From NCBI GenBank assembly GCA_038496445.1, contig JALMLS010000455.1, forward strand, positions 124,001-188,000: a stretch of 64,000 bases of DNA, given 5' to 3'. The stretch comes from Trichosphaerium sp. ATCC 40318 (Eukaryota > Protista > Tubulinea). The first letter of the stretch is position 1, and the number at the start of each line of letters is the position of its first letter. The translations under genes were made by a program, and so were the position numbers. The notes below the pieces were generated by a model. That model had not been told where the DNA came from, ran no database searches, and saw only the letters and a program-made list of their open reading frames with translations. Positions 28,704 through 42,608 of the stretch are shown here, piece after piece.

Positions 28704-29855
28704 ATGGCAACATCTCGCTATATAACCCTGTCTCTTATCATATTCTCGATAACAGTATCAGCGTACTGGACCGCTTTCTCTGGGTCCACGACGGCTTCCC
28801 ATATCACAGCAAAGAGAAATGACAACATGTTCGGCAGTGTTGGTCCTTTCACTTATGAAACGTGGACAATCCAAGCTGGTGATAAATTCATACCAATGGA
28901 GTTCATCGGGCATACCCCGGTTGCCTCATTCACTCTATTTATCAAACCAGGTCAGAAATGGATGCTAGCATGGTTAGACCGGTCCGGAGAATGGAGATAT
29001 CAAGCAAAAGGCGGTAGCACTATCGGAAACTGGCCTACAGCTTCTACAGATCAATATGTTTCCGGTCGATTCAGAGGAAAGCTCGAGAAAGATTTACTCA
29101 TTTCAAACCCCGATGGACGTTACGCTACTTACAAGCTTGACATTACAATCACAGGAACATACCCTGTTTTGAACTACAACTTCGACTTTGTACAACTCCA
29201 GTATGCGACAAACGGTGCTGTTCAAGCGAACGATAAATTAATCTCTGGTTACTTCGATCATACTCTTTTCCCTGAAAGAGACTATACCGTATTGATTAAA
29301 CCAACAGGATACTACGTCATGAGCTTCAATACAGCAACGAACAACTGGGATATCCTCTCTGCGTCAAACAACAATCAGATAAACTGGTGGAACATTAACG
29401 TTTCAACCGATAAGTATGTTGTTGGTGCGTTCGAAAGAAGAACTCATGATCTTCTTTTGTGTGCTAATCCTAACGGATGGCATCATCTTATGAAGTTGGA
29501 CCCTACAACAAATACTTTCAAGTTCATCGAAGGCGGTTCAAACGGTAAAATTGGCACGTGGACAATCGGACATGGCTCCAGATTTCTTGCTGGAAAATTC
29601 GACTTGGTTCAGCCGTACGGTGGAATAGGTCCTCATCAGTTGCTTGCTATCACTGCTAGTGGCGATTCAAAAACACTCGCGCTTGTCAACAACCTATGGA
29701 CTGAAGTAGCATCGAATAACAATGACGGTAAAATTGCTGGATGGCATATCGCTTGGGGTGATCATTACACAAAAGTTGAATCGTTTGATACAGACCGCTA
29801 TAGAGTAGTAGCTTTTAACAACGGTGGTTGGTGGAAGAGCATGCAATGGTTATAA
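28704..29855 (+). CDS. Intronless secreted Trp-rich repeat (FG-GAP/VCBS-like beta-propeller) protein
   Basis: 383-aa single-exon ORF with signal peptide and ~55-aa repeats of the type GxIGxWxIxxxDxYxxGxF...DLL..N..G. Confidence 0.8.
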   Translation: MATSRYITLSLIIFSITVSAYWTAFSGSTTASHITAKRNDNMFGSVGPFTYETWTIQAGDKFIPMEFIGHTPVASFTLFIKPGQKWMLAWLDRSGEWRYQAKGGSTIGNWPTASTDQYVSGRFRGKLEKDLLISNPDGRYATYKLDITITGTYPVLNYNFDFVQLQYATNGAVQANDKLISGYFDHTLFPERDYTVLIKPTGYYVMSFNTATNNWDILSASNNNQINWWNINVSTDKYVVGAFERRTHDLLLCANPNGWHHLMKLDPTTNTFKFIEGGSNGKIGTWTIGHGSRFLAGKFDLVQPYGGIGPHQLLAITASGDSKTLALVNNLWTEVASNNNDGKIAGWHIAWGDHYTKVESFDTDRYRVVAFNNGGWWKSMQWL

Positions 29856-30344
29856 AATAAATATACCTTTTGTTTCCTATTCTTTTTACTGTTACTTTGT
29901 TTCATGAACCGTTCCTTTGTGTTTTTGGTATCGCATTCACAAGTTCTTTTTTGACGTTGTCAACATTTTGCAGAGGTGTTTGATTGTTTTAGTGACACCT
30001 TAAGCATTGAGAATGTTCATTTATTCGATTCCGCCTGATCGATAGTTACTCCTAGTGCTCGAATACAAGGTTAGTTCCTGATTCAAACTAACAAGAAAAG
30101 TCTAGTTTGTGACCCTTATTTACTGGATTCCCAAAGCAAAAAAGATCCTAGGCACAAGCAAAAACTTGTACAACAAAATATCGAAAACGACATTGTTCTG
30201 TTACCAACAAGCGCTATGATACCTTTATCAGTTGCTAAAGCTCGCATACTTGAAATACACCACAATGTTGTTGATTGATCTTTTATTTACATACAGCAGA
30301 CTCAAAACAACAAAAAGTAATTATAAAAAACTGTTAATCAAACC

Positions 30345-32934
30345 TTAACACATGACTTCAGCTGCTGGACAAAGTTCATGATATGTTCCGTTCTTTAGTT
30401 CCTATTTGTTACAAATTAGTTCGCAGCACAAGAAGACAAAAACGAGAATAGAAAAAACGAGAATTGTTTCAACAAACAAGAACCTGACAAGTGTCAGTTT
30501 GTCCAAACACTTGGAACCTTTCTAGATAAGACATGGCAATAGTACTCGTGCCGTTAATCATATCCCACTGCTAACTGGTTCTTAACCTTGTCAGGCTCTC
30601 GTTTGAGGAGATGGGGTTAATTGGCTGAACATTGTGTACCTTTAAGTTTCTTCCAATTAAGGGATATACACATGCCAGTTTATCCAACAATTTCTTAGCA
30701 AGTGTTATATCTCTGTCTTTAATTTGATATACATAATACACGTGTAACGCCTCACCAATAGCAAAACCGACAAATGGGTATATAGGTTTTTTACCATACT
30801 GTTGTTGGTCAAGTACAGGGCAAGTTAAAACAAATTCTGCTGATTCTATCGCTTTTTCTTCTAATCCCAATCTTTCATATACTCTACATGCAGTTGCACA
30901 ACAATAAAACATACTCATAGGAGGATCTTCCATCATGGTGCTTGCTATATCTAATGCTTCTTGAATATAATTTAATGTATCTACATATGATTTTGATGTT
31001 GGATTTATGAGGTAAAGATCTGACTACAAGCAAAAGGTCAACAAAAAAAAACAGAAAAAAATGAGAAAACAATTCCGTTAAACTACCCGCTGCTTTCTTT
31101 GGATAACTAGGTTTTCAATAATGAGAGATAGACATTAATTAATTTGATTTAGTTCAAAGCAAGCATTACGAAACCATAAGAAACCATAAGAAAACAAGGT
31201 GTTTGGTTTTTTTTCGGGCTTTTTATTGCCGTAAAATGAATGACAACAAGGTGTACCTCTATTATTGCTAGTGTTTCTAACACATTCCTTAGAGCTGTTG
31301 CTTGATCTCCATAAACATTTCCTTTATTCAAAGACTCTCGTATAACCAAGAGATTAGCTTTTGAAGCGTTTGCTTCAAGTACAAAGGCTGTAGATAATGG
31401 TTCTCTCATGCTCATTTCTGAAATCTTTAACCGTGTTCTCATAGAAGTAAGAGAACTAGAAAAAGCAGTTTCAGCTTGCATTGTGTTATCACCTAGATAT
31501 GATAACTTAGTAATTATATTGACTGTAGAGTCTACTGGTAGTAGTTACAACCAGTTTAAACTTACCCAAGCGTAAAGCCTTGACTTGATGTAAATATCGG
31601 CACATATCATCTGACGTTTCTATACTTCTTGTTGCAGTTCTATGGTCATCCATAGATACCAAATAGATTGATAGTATCAGCATACCAACTAAAAACAAAT
31701 AAGTCAAATAACAAAGGGTGAGAAAAAAACAGTAAAACTGCGAAAGTTCCATGATTCCGAGGCTTTTGAAGGTTTAGGGATAAGCCTAGAATTCAAATTT
31801 TAGGCACTCGTTATGCCATCACAGCGAAGAAGAAGCCCATAATCTACTATGGAACTCCAGTATTTACAAAAGAAACCAAAATAACTAAGTAAAAAAACTT
31901 ACCAGCTGTTTCAAAGCTCGGCCGATCTAGGAGATGGTTCCTGCACTCAATAGCAAAAGTAGCAAAATCTTTAGAACGCTCAAAGTTCTTGAAGTATAAT
32001 TGTTGCATGGCCAATATTGAATATGTCTGTAGGTTCTTTACAGAGTCTTGAAAACAAGTACTTAGTCTTTTGAAAGAAAAAAAAAGGAAAAAAAAGAAAA
32101 CGTGTTTTGTCCACCACACAGTGCTGTGTTGAAGATAAAATAGTATCTAAGGTGGTATTTATAACTTTTTATACTCATTAGATGAGTATATAAACATTAA
32201 CAAACACAAGCTGTGTACTTACATTTTTTTTCTCTAAACTCGTCAAGATCCACTTTTGGTATAAGAAATGCTGGCATATCTGTCCCTACAAACCCGCGAT
32301 AACTCTCAATACACGTATGTACAGTCATTGCATTATTGAGTATTGCAGTAGATGTAGAAAAAGCGTTGTGCTAAAGCGTCAAATCAGAAAACGCAAAATC
32401 TTCGCCAGCCATAATTTAACGCGAGAAAAAACGCGTAATTTTAAGGCTGGCAAACCACGTGCCGTCATTCTTTTACGTTTTCCTGTGTTAATAGGTGCTG
32501 TTGAACCTCTAGCGAGGGCAAGTTGCTTTTTTAAATCGGTTTGAGTCTGTTTTTCTTTTTCGAGTTGTTTTTCGATGGCTATCAGTTTATCCTTTAAAGA
32601 ACCGCGCACAGACCCTATAATCGGTGTTGTTAGATCAAATTACAATTCGTAAATCTGTAAAACGATTACTTAAACGGTACTATCAACCAACGTGATAATA
32701 TAGACTGTTGCTAGCGTTGGATTCGTTTAGAAAAGTGTGACTTACCTTTTTTTCTTCCACGGCGCTTAGGTTCCCCATAAACACAATCGCGGGTATTCTT
32801 AACGCAGTTTGCTAAGGAAATAAGATGCGTTTCTTTACAGAACGTTACTACTACGCACAGCAAGGTTTTTTCTTGTCGCATTTGATGTGACGTGATCTAC
32901 ATGGTAAACACGACGGTTTTTTTATAGTTGCCAT
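30345..32934 (-). CDS. Zn(II)2Cys6 binuclear-cluster transcription factor with fungal-TF-like middle region
   Basis: MATIKKPSCLPCRSRHIKCDKKKPC/SNCVKNTRDCVYGEPKRRGRKK fits C-x2-C-x6-C-x5-C-x2-C-x6-C, followed by a coiled coil (LIAIEKQLEKEK) and helical exons. Confidence 0.88.
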
Positions 32935-33405
32935 CACATTTAGTGCTTTTTAATCCAAAACAAAATGACTTAACTACGCGTTTTGTGGCGTCATCACTTG
33001 ACTTTCGAATCCACTTCTGTAAAACTACCAGTATCAAACCACAAACAATACGTCCCAGGTTACTTAATGGTGAGTAAATAGAGGCTAAGATCCCTTTGTT
33101 CAGTAATTACCAAAAGAGATTGCCCACGTGTAGCATTAATGAGAAACTTGCAACATTGTTTTGACCTATCAAATGCATAGCTATTACAGGCCATTGCTTT
33201 TAAAGTTTGGCAAGTGACTAGTCACCAACCTCTGTATTTATCCTGTCTTTGTACTGATGTTAGTAGGTGTTATCTTCAGGCCATTTTGGCGTTTTACACA
33301 AGTTACAACTCATTATTACAGGTTTTATAAAAACTATTATTACAATATTCTACTTTTTTTCTTAGTCTTGTAGATCACATACTCGTAGAAAAAAACGTCA
33401 TCTGG

Positions 33406-36116
33406 TTAATCATACATATCATCTTCACTATCGCTATTATTATTAACATAGCCAAGTTGTTCTTGGATACTTTTCTCAACTGGTTGTTTCTGTTAAGAGC
33501 AAAGTTAGAAAAAGTAAGCTGAAGAAAACCAAGAATATAAAAACATACCTCTTCCTCTTCCTCGGAATCATAGTCGTCTTCATCATCACCTTCGTCATAA
33601 TTGCCTGTAGGTGCATTCACCTAAGCCATATTAAGTTAAGCAACACTACTGTTCTTCAAGCAACTGAAGATTGAGGGGTTTTTGGGCTAACGTACATTGC
33701 GTAGGTCATTTTTAAGAAGGTTATTTATATCCAAATTACGAAGTTTCGACTGTGGCAATCTACCTTGTACAGCATCTGCGACTGCCTCTGCAGGTGAGGT
33801 AGCTGTTCCTGGCGCCATTCTTTTTCTTCTTGGCTATATAAAACATCAGAAAACAAAGGAGCATGTAATCATGTAGTAATGTAAGAGGCTACTTACTTTT
33901 CTGTTTGATTTCGCTTTAGCCTTCTCTTTCTCTTCTCTAATTTTCCGTCGTGCTAGAGATATGTCATGAGTTTACGCACTCTAAAACCGGGCTTGGAATT
34001 ATCCAATTGTGATCCTCTTACCTTCCTTCTGTTCTAGTACGTCTTTGTAAAGCTCATCCCATAACATTTCTTTTATTTTTACTTCTTCAGGTGTTCTTAA
34101 GTACGCCTCAATTTCATCATCATCAATATCAGAAAAAGTATCATCTTTTTTTTCGCCAGATTCATCCTAACAACATTAGGAAAAGAATCTTCAAGTTGAG
34201 ATTGACCAAAAGGACGAAATGCTAATTCAAGTTTTTTTGAACTTTTTGTGCTTTATAACGTACCTCGCCTGTATCTTCTTCTTTGCCTTTATCACCACTT
34301 GTAATTTTAGGACGTTTTGGCGGTCCATTCATCACTAGAACAACGTAAGCTAACAATAGAGGAAAATGTAAAAATGTCAAAAAAAGTACAATCGTTTGGA
34401 TCAATGTCATTAAATTCATCTTCTGCAAGTTGCATTTCTAGCTTCAATCTCTCCATCTCCTCTGGATCTAACGATATTTCTTCAGAGTCCGAAGTAGAGC
34501 CCTGTCAAAGTACTTATTAGCAAACTTTTCGACTTTGGGGGCTTGAACCGTTGACTTGCATTTCATAAGAAAAATAACATCCCTGGTTCGCCAGAGTTTT
34601 TATTCACTTAATGAAAGAAGGGAAAAACATGGATTTATTTATTGAAACCAAACAAAACAAAAAAAACAAACAAGAGTAGAAAGCACGAACCTTTTTTCTT
34701 CTTTTCCTACTACCCACTTTGCTATCTTCAGCTTTTCTTTTCTTAGCTTGGTTCTCTTCTCTAGCACGAGTCTAAACACCTGTGATTAGTTTTACGCTGG
34801 CTACTAAGGTTTTTGAAGAGAAATCACGAACAAATGCTGGTGGATCGCATTCTTCCTCCAAATCAATAGTTTCAAACTCTTGTGCTGTAAGATATGACGT
34901 TGGCGTCTTATCGAATTCCTTTAACCTCTTTCTCAAAGTAAGATCGCATATACGAACTACATTAATGATTTCTTTCTGGGTACGTCTGAATCCATGCACA
35001 CGTGCAGCAATAAGTAGAGCTAACAAGAAAATTAACAAAAAATCAAGAAAAACCCCAAAAAGCACTGTTTTACCTGCACCACAGATACCAGATGGCCTAC
35101 GACCAATTTGCATCCAATCACGCTTCATACGTTGTACTAGTCTAGTAGCTGTATTGGCGACTTCTTGTTGTTTAGTGCCGAATTCCAGTTGAGAAGCAAA
35201 TCGCTAGTACAAAAAATGTAAGTTAATTGTTTTTTTGTAGATGTCAAACTTTGACAGTCGAAGTGTTACCTGTATATACAATGAAGGATCTACCACAGGA
35301 AGACTGAGTCCTAGTTTCCCACATAATCTTAAAAATACATGACCCAAAACAAACACGTTTGTCTACAATAGAAGTAAGAACAAGCGAAATGGGTTTCAAA
35401 CAATAATCCAATAAAAACACAATATTCTTCACTTCACGTACGCGCAAGACATCAGCAAAATCGATCAACATATGCGCAGTTCTATTCTGACGGCAAATAA
35501 TATAAAGGCAAGCAGCACAAACGTTCTAACGGCGGAATAAGATCTTAGTCTTCTATATCACTGTAGAACAATACTACGTACACGAACACGCCTCCCTTGT
35601 GTAAATTTATGGTCACGTAAGGCTAAAGTGTACAATCGCTATTACTGCGGTTAACAATTTTTTTAAAACTGTCTAGGAGCGAACCTGAGCCTTGTCAACA
35701 TACGCTTTAGCGATATCAACGGCTGCACCAACTTGTTGCATAACTCGTCTGCCCTTTTCAAGAGTAATTTCGCGCGATGGCCTTGATTGTCTTCTCAGTC
35801 CAGCAATACGTGATGTATGGCCTTGTTTAGTGGTTAGAGTTACAATTACTAAATACACAAAAACAGTTAGTGTGGCGAAGCGTGCCTTCGAGGTTGTACG
35901 ATTGACCGACTATTCCGTCATCAGTAAATGTTGGTGTTGTTTCGTTCAGGCCTGATTCTTCTAATACATGACCACAATCACCGCAAATCCACGAGGCAAT
36001 ACTATAGAAGTTATTTTGTTGAAGCTTGGATAAATTCTAGCAAATAAACAACCAATAACGTACTCATATTCGCTAACATCAAAAGAACCACACTTTGGGC
36101 ATTTTTCTGCGTTCAT
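33406..36116 (-). CDS. BRF1: TFIIIB subunit BRF1
   Basis: Zn ribbon CPKC...[77 protein letters not shown]. Confidence 0.95.
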
Positions 36117-36279
36117 GCTGTTGTTTTAAAAATATAATGGAGACAACTCAAGTAATTCGGTTAAATTTCCTTTAATGTCTGTAAGAGCTGCGTTGCTGTC
36201 CTAATTTGTTTATTGGTTGTGCGTTACAAGCTGCGCTTAGCCAGTTTAAGCTATTGTGCATTAAACAGCTTGTAATGTA

Positions 36280-38706
36280 ATGTCAGTACTTCATATCATG
36301 TCGCAAAATGTGTTAGGCGTATTTAATGAGGTACGGTTAATAGACAAGTATTGTATTGACTTCAGATCTCTAGTAACCGCTTATTTCTGGATACTGTTGG
36401 CCGCAAGCTTAATATTTATCATCTGGATGATTGGCGAAATGTAACATCCGCAGATATACGCAAACACATCCAAGGCGCAACGAAGTGCGTCTTTAAAGCA
36501 AAAAAAATGAACTATGGCTTGTTTACACAATCACAGCACGCTTTCTCTGTCACCGTATGCTTTAGTAAAATCAGTGTATCCTAAGTACAAATGGAAGCGA
36601 ACGTACGACTGCTATCACAATGACACGCATTTTTAACCAACAAAAAAAAAATTGTTAGTGCATTGAAAAGCGAGTTAAACGAAGACTACCAACGTCGATT
36701 ATTACTCGACCAAATAGGCAAAAAACTTGATATAAAGCATCTAGACGATTGGTTTAATGTGTTATGTGAGGATCTCTATGATCATGGTGGTTCAACACTA
36801 TTGTAAGAACACGTTTCTTTCTTTCTTGGTTTATTCGTACTCAATTTTTTTGGGTTTTAGAGTCAAGCACTATGGACATTCTGTACAACGTCTTGTATCA
36901 GAACTATACCCTGGACATAAATCTAATCCATGGGACTTTAAGTAAGTGAACCAAGAAACAGTGTAGAAGAGACACTTTAGTTCAAAAACTCTAAGGTGAA
37001 AGATTAACTTTATTTTTGTTTAGCCGTTGTCCTAGACACTACTTTGATAGTATTGAAAATCAACGTGCAGTTTTTCAACATGCTGAACGTGAGTATAATC
37101 TAAAGACAATGGATTCTTGGTATAATACATCACGTGCGGCAGTGCCTCTACTTGACAGCATATTGATTAACAAGTACGAACATCAATCCAAAAAAAAAAT
37201 ACTTTCAACTTGAAACAAACAGTGATTGATTTAACAAGAAAGATCAATACATTTTTGTCATTTTTTAGGCACCCTACCAATCAGAGAAATCTGTTGTTTA
37301 CCTTTTCCTTTAACCAAACTCTCAAGCGGTTATTTTAAGTGAGACAAAATTTATTTTATTTATAGATATGGTGGATCTTTACACAAAGCTCTCAGCACTA
37401 TTTACCCTGAGTATACTTGGAACTTAGTATATTTTAAAAATAAACCTAAGCGATTGTGGTCTAACGAAGATGTACAAAAGAAATTTCTTCAAAAGGTCCA
37501 AGAAGCAATGAACATAAAAGGCAAAGACATGTGGTACGTGTTAAAACAACTTTTACACTAAAGACACTTGCCGTTGTTGCCCTAAATGGCTTGTGCAAGT
37601 ATAAGCTTCTAGAGATAATTTGAAGTCACTTGATTGTACTTTCAGTTTATAACTTATTTTTAACACGTGATTTGATATGCTGTTGTGGAAAAAATACCCA
37701 ACAAAATTTTCACAGATTCACTTTAACTAGGTATCGAGTATCTATACGACAATTAGCAGACCTTGGTGGCCGTGTGTTCCAGAAAAAATATTGGCCACAG
37801 GCTCTAACTCTTTTTGAACCTAATTATTCTTGGGACTGGCGACAATTTTACTTCAAACGCAAAGCATCAACACAAAGGTAAACAAAACCCTTTTTTCTTA
37901 TTTTATTCTCACTTACACAGGCAATTACAACAATGTCTCCAATCAATATTCCCCAATGAAGAAGTATTAGAAGAATTTGTTGTAGGAATAAGGAAATCTA
38001 TTAATATGGCTAATTTAACTCTTGATTTGTATATACCTACACGTGCTATTGCAATAGAATACCAAGGTAAAAAACTAACCTCCATCCATTCAAACAACTT
38101 CCTCATTTTCTACTTTACACCCTACCAGTCTCCATGTGTGATGCCTTGTAATCCCGCATTATATATTTACATGTTAACGTTTTGTTATAATAAGGAGAGC
38201 AGCATTACTTTGATGATATCAATGATAGAGATTGCTTAACACATCAAAGAAGATTAGACAACGAAAAATTACAAGAATGTAATGAAATAGGTACATCATT
38301 ACCCACAAGATCTTATGGAAGTTATCTTCTAAAACGTGTCTCACATGTTTACAAAATTTTCTTTTTGTCAACTGCTCCACGATAAAGCAAACACGTGATC
38401 TCTTTTTTTTCATTATTAGTTCTTACTGGTTCTTTTCAGGTATTTGTTTGGTGCCTATACCCTATTGGTGGCATCCAGGTGATATTGATAGTATAAAAGC
38501 AACATTAAAGCATCATAAACCTGACCTTGAATTCAAAGTTCCAAGAGGTGTACTACCTCTGATATCATCTAAACCTCCAGGATCCATCGGTAATTAGTTT
38601 TGAACATATTCTTTTCCCTTTGCTTCATATTTCACTTAATTGTAATATACATTTAGGGATACCCACATTGATGGCTGCAAAGCAGTTATCTGTACATGTA
38701 GAATAG
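36280..38706 (+). CDS. Trp-rich tandem-repeat protein (4 units) with PD-(D/E)XK nuclease domain, paralog 2
   Basis: Repeats ...LDDWFNVLCEDLYDHGGSTLL/VKHYGHSVQRLVSELYPGHKSNPWDF; nuclease LTLDLYIPTRAIAIEYQG/EQHYFD...DNEKLQECNEIG/ICLVPIPYWWHPGDIDSIKATL; last exon contains TLMA as in paralog 1. Confidence 0.83.
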
Positions 38707-39290
38707 AATAAAAAGATTGCATAAGAAAGAGAAAGTTGTTTTATCAAACTACGTAACATCGAAACGTAGCAAACTGAGACCAAATCACTGCATGCTGGTA
38801 GTAGGAATGATAAAGAATCATATGTTTGCTCTTCTTGGCAAGCCAAACTCGTCTACCATGATATTGTCTTCTTTTCAAGAGCCCTGCGTTTGTTGTAATA
38901 TGCGATTATTTGGTTGTTTGGTATAGTCGAATTTTGAAAACACGTAATGAAGTTTCTGCTTAAAAATTTGTCACCCATTGCACTACGAAAGCAAAACATG
39001 GCAGACCACGTCCGTCTATTCTCACAAGGTACAATCCACGTGGATTCTTTGTCTTCGTAGTTATTATTAACAACACTGTATGGCCTTCCGCTTTGAAAGT
39101 ATCACGCTACGTGCTCTGACAACAGCTGGTCACAGTTAAGAACATAGCAACTTGCCAATGGTGCTATCAATATATAATTATTTACTAGTACAACTATTAT
39201 TATTATTTTCTTCTTCCTATTACATCACGTGTGGGTTTGTGGCTTTTTTTTTCAATTCTGAAACCCTTTCTTACTTTTTTCTTCTTTTTC

Positions 39291-42200
39291 CTAATTTATA
39301 ATAACATTATTTACAGTCTCCTTTGGTGGCCTCCAGAACTTTATAGTATTATCTGTAGAACCAGAAATTAACCAACCACCATTTGATCTATCAACAATTA
39401 ATGCCTCAACACTACTTGTATGACCCATAAGTGAGTAAGTGCATTGAAATGTGCTCAAGTCCCAAACACGAATACTTTGATCATAACTACCAGAATAAAG
39501 CTTATTCCCTTGAATAGCCAATGCGTATACTGCTCCTGTATGACCAGGTAATGTTCTTATACATTCAAATGATCGTAAATCCCAAACATTGACTGTATTC
39601 TCATATGTTCCAGAGTAAAGAAAGTGACCACTTGCAACAAGACTGTAGATTGAACCACATGTACAACTTAATGTTTTATAGCATTTAAAGTTAGCCAAGT
39701 CCCATATCTTAAATATGTGGGTTAGAATCGAAAAAGATAAAGACATAGCGATAACATAGAACTAAGTTAAAAATGGTTCAGATTTTTTTGCTTCGGGTTT
39801 TTTCATTGACGTGTACGTACGAAAATTGCCTTGTGACCGCCCATGTATAAGTATCCATTAGATATACTTATAGCACGAACCCAGTGATTACCATTTAGTA
39901 CTTTAACACATGTATACGTCAATAAATTCCAAACCTACAAAGTAGTTAGCGAAAGTTGTCAAAATCGGTCAAAAAAAAAAGAAGCGAACAACACTTCTTC
40001 TAATCAAACTCGTTGTGGGTTCTGACGTACTTTTACACATTTATAACATCCAGCGAATAGTAGCGTATTGCTTACTTTCAATACACATGCAATATTATCA
40101 TCGTTTATGGTCTTAACACATTTCATTGCATTTATATCCCAAAACTTTATTGTCTTATCATCCGATCCGGTAATAACCATATTATTCCAAAAAACGACAG
40201 CATGTACTATATTCTGATGACCAGTAAGCTCATGTCGAAGACTCCTTGTTTGAACATCCCAAATCTTGATTTTCTTGTCAGAAGAAGCCGAAAACAGCAA
40301 TCCATTTCCTATTTAAAATAAGCACCAAAAAAAGACGGAAAAAAACCAAGCAATATGAACCACTTGATACCTTCCGCAAGTGCCCACACTGGTCCTTCGT
40401 GTTCCCCAAGTACCAATTTTGGTTTAAGCGCAGTTGGCTCAGCGCCTAAGAACGAATCAATGAAGGCGCAAAAGTATAGTATAAACGGAAATTAAAAACA
40501 AATAAAAAAAGCATACCTGGTCCGTTTCCTTCTCTGTTCGAACGCACCCACGCTTGTAAATTAGACATAAGATATCTCATCTCCTTTAATGCCTCTGAAT
40601 TCTTCGCTTCTATCCTGTTATTGAGGTTCTCGATGCGTCCTTGTCCAAGAATTAGAATATACAACGTTTGGTTTAGCCAAGCAAAATAGACCCAAAAAAA
40701 AAAAAAACCTACCAGACAGTGACTCGACTTTTCCTTTGAGGCTGTCTACGCCATTCCATGATGGATTGCTACTGCCGACATTGCTCACTTGAGTTACTTT
40801 TATCTCTGGATACAAATAAAGAGTTAGTCTTTACACATATACACCAACCAAGCAAATCGAAAGTACGATGTTCTCGGGCGAGGTTTTTTTTTTGTTTGAA
40901 AAAGTACCGTTTCTTATCAAATCAATCTCTTTACGTAATGCTCCCAACGCATTTTCTTTTCCTAACTTACGCTTAGAAACCATGGACCTAGCTCTTTTTC
41001 TGGCACGCTTGCCATTATTATCTGTGGTATCCTGCGACTGAGTCGATGATACGGAAGCCGAGTCCACATTGTGGAATGACATTACTGAACTCTGTGAATG
41101 TTGTGAATTATCACGTGAACGGTGGACTTTATATGTCCCTGCATAACTAACTTCAAGCTCTTCATCATGCCTATTATTATTAGTTAACACCCATGCGAAC
41201 AAGTATAATGAAGTAACGAGACAGAAAGCGTAAACTACAAGTGCAATAGGCCTTTTTTTTGTTTTTGTCGGTTTTTTCCGTTTCAAGACAAAAGTGTTGT
41301 CTCATAATTTACGCATCACCGTGTGGCGTTTAGATAGGTTTTGATGGTAAGTTTGGAGGATACAAGAAAATTGTAGAGTAAGGAAGTACTTCCTTAACCG
41401 ACTTTTTTCTTTAAGTTGCGTTCCTTTTTTTCATTTGGGTAGTTTGCAGTACGTACTGTATTTGTGATTTAAGTGATAATCTTGGCTTTAACGCTACGTT
41501 TCTTGATGCTACTATAAGTCGCATCTTATGAAGTTTTACACCTCGCAACTCCTCGAAATCACTGTGCGATTTAAGCAGCTAGCGAGCAAATATAAGAACT
41601 ACTAGTCCTTGTAGAGTAGAATAAGCGTACAGTCTACAATAAAAAGCGATTAGATACAGTCCAGAGTGACTCTACAAAAAACAAAACCACAAACTTTATC
41701 TTTTAATTGGTTTTTGTAGAGTGGTATGGAACGTACCTTGAATTGGTGTACTGACATGCTAGAATCAACTAGGAGTATTTTAGAGAGATACTTTCTTACA
41801 AACCCAAATGATAAACAAACTTGATTGAAAAAAAAAAAAACGCTTCCGAAGCTTATGGATTGTTTCCGTAAACGCTTATTTTTTTTGGGCGGGTTTTGGG
41901 CAAATAACCGAAATTGAATGGACATTTGTCGAAATTGTTAACTACCTTCAATTGGTACAGAATCATAATCTTCTCCTATTTTGATCCATATCGTCCATGA
42001 ACCTAACGTCTTATAAGCATTTGAATGGTTAAAAACTAAAGTTCTTCACAAAACCTTTTGGTTTCTTTTCTTTTGGCTGCTTTCCTACTACCATTGGTGG
42101 AGACACTGGCAATAATGCGTTGGTTGATTTATTGCGATGTTTTTTCAATTTACGTTTATTACGCTTGGACTTCGCTGGTATATCCAAACTCCTCTCAATG

Positions 42201-42292
42201 GGAGCGCCTGAGTCTTTTTGAAGTTTAATTAATTAAATGTACATTTCGTTTCTGAGTGTACCATCACCTGTGTTTCGCAGCTCCGATGACAT
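39291..42292 (-). CDS. WD40-repeat protein (myosin heavy chain kinase/TRAF7-type WD block) with N-terminal ubiquitin-like-looking and coiled-coil regions
   Basis: ORFs 39291-39746 and 40004-40300 hold clear GH...WD repeats; upstream exons are joined by canonical introns; the 5' model is tentative. Confidence 0.8.
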
Positions 42293-42608
42293 GCGATAGC
42301 TCGCGCAAGTGCACGCAATAAGTTAATTAGTACTTCTTAGCTTTTTGACTAGCGTTGAAGCTCGTTACATAGAAATTTGGCCCAGAGACCTAAACGACGA
42401 TTTACATGGTCTAGATTGGACCAACGCGCCCACCTCTAGTTCTAAAACGTTTATGCGCTATTGTATATCATCGTGCAATAAAACACAACAATAATTCTAG
42501 TAGCACAACACCTACGTGAAACACTCATAGGCGATGTTACTAATTAGGTGAAGTGACATTTTAAGCACGTTGACTTGAAATAGGCAAATTATCGTTTGGA
42601 GCAGGCTC

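Noticed and set aside
32990-33020. tRNA T-loop-like TTCGAATCC
   Set aside because: No cloverleaf, D-arm or acceptor stem can be formed.
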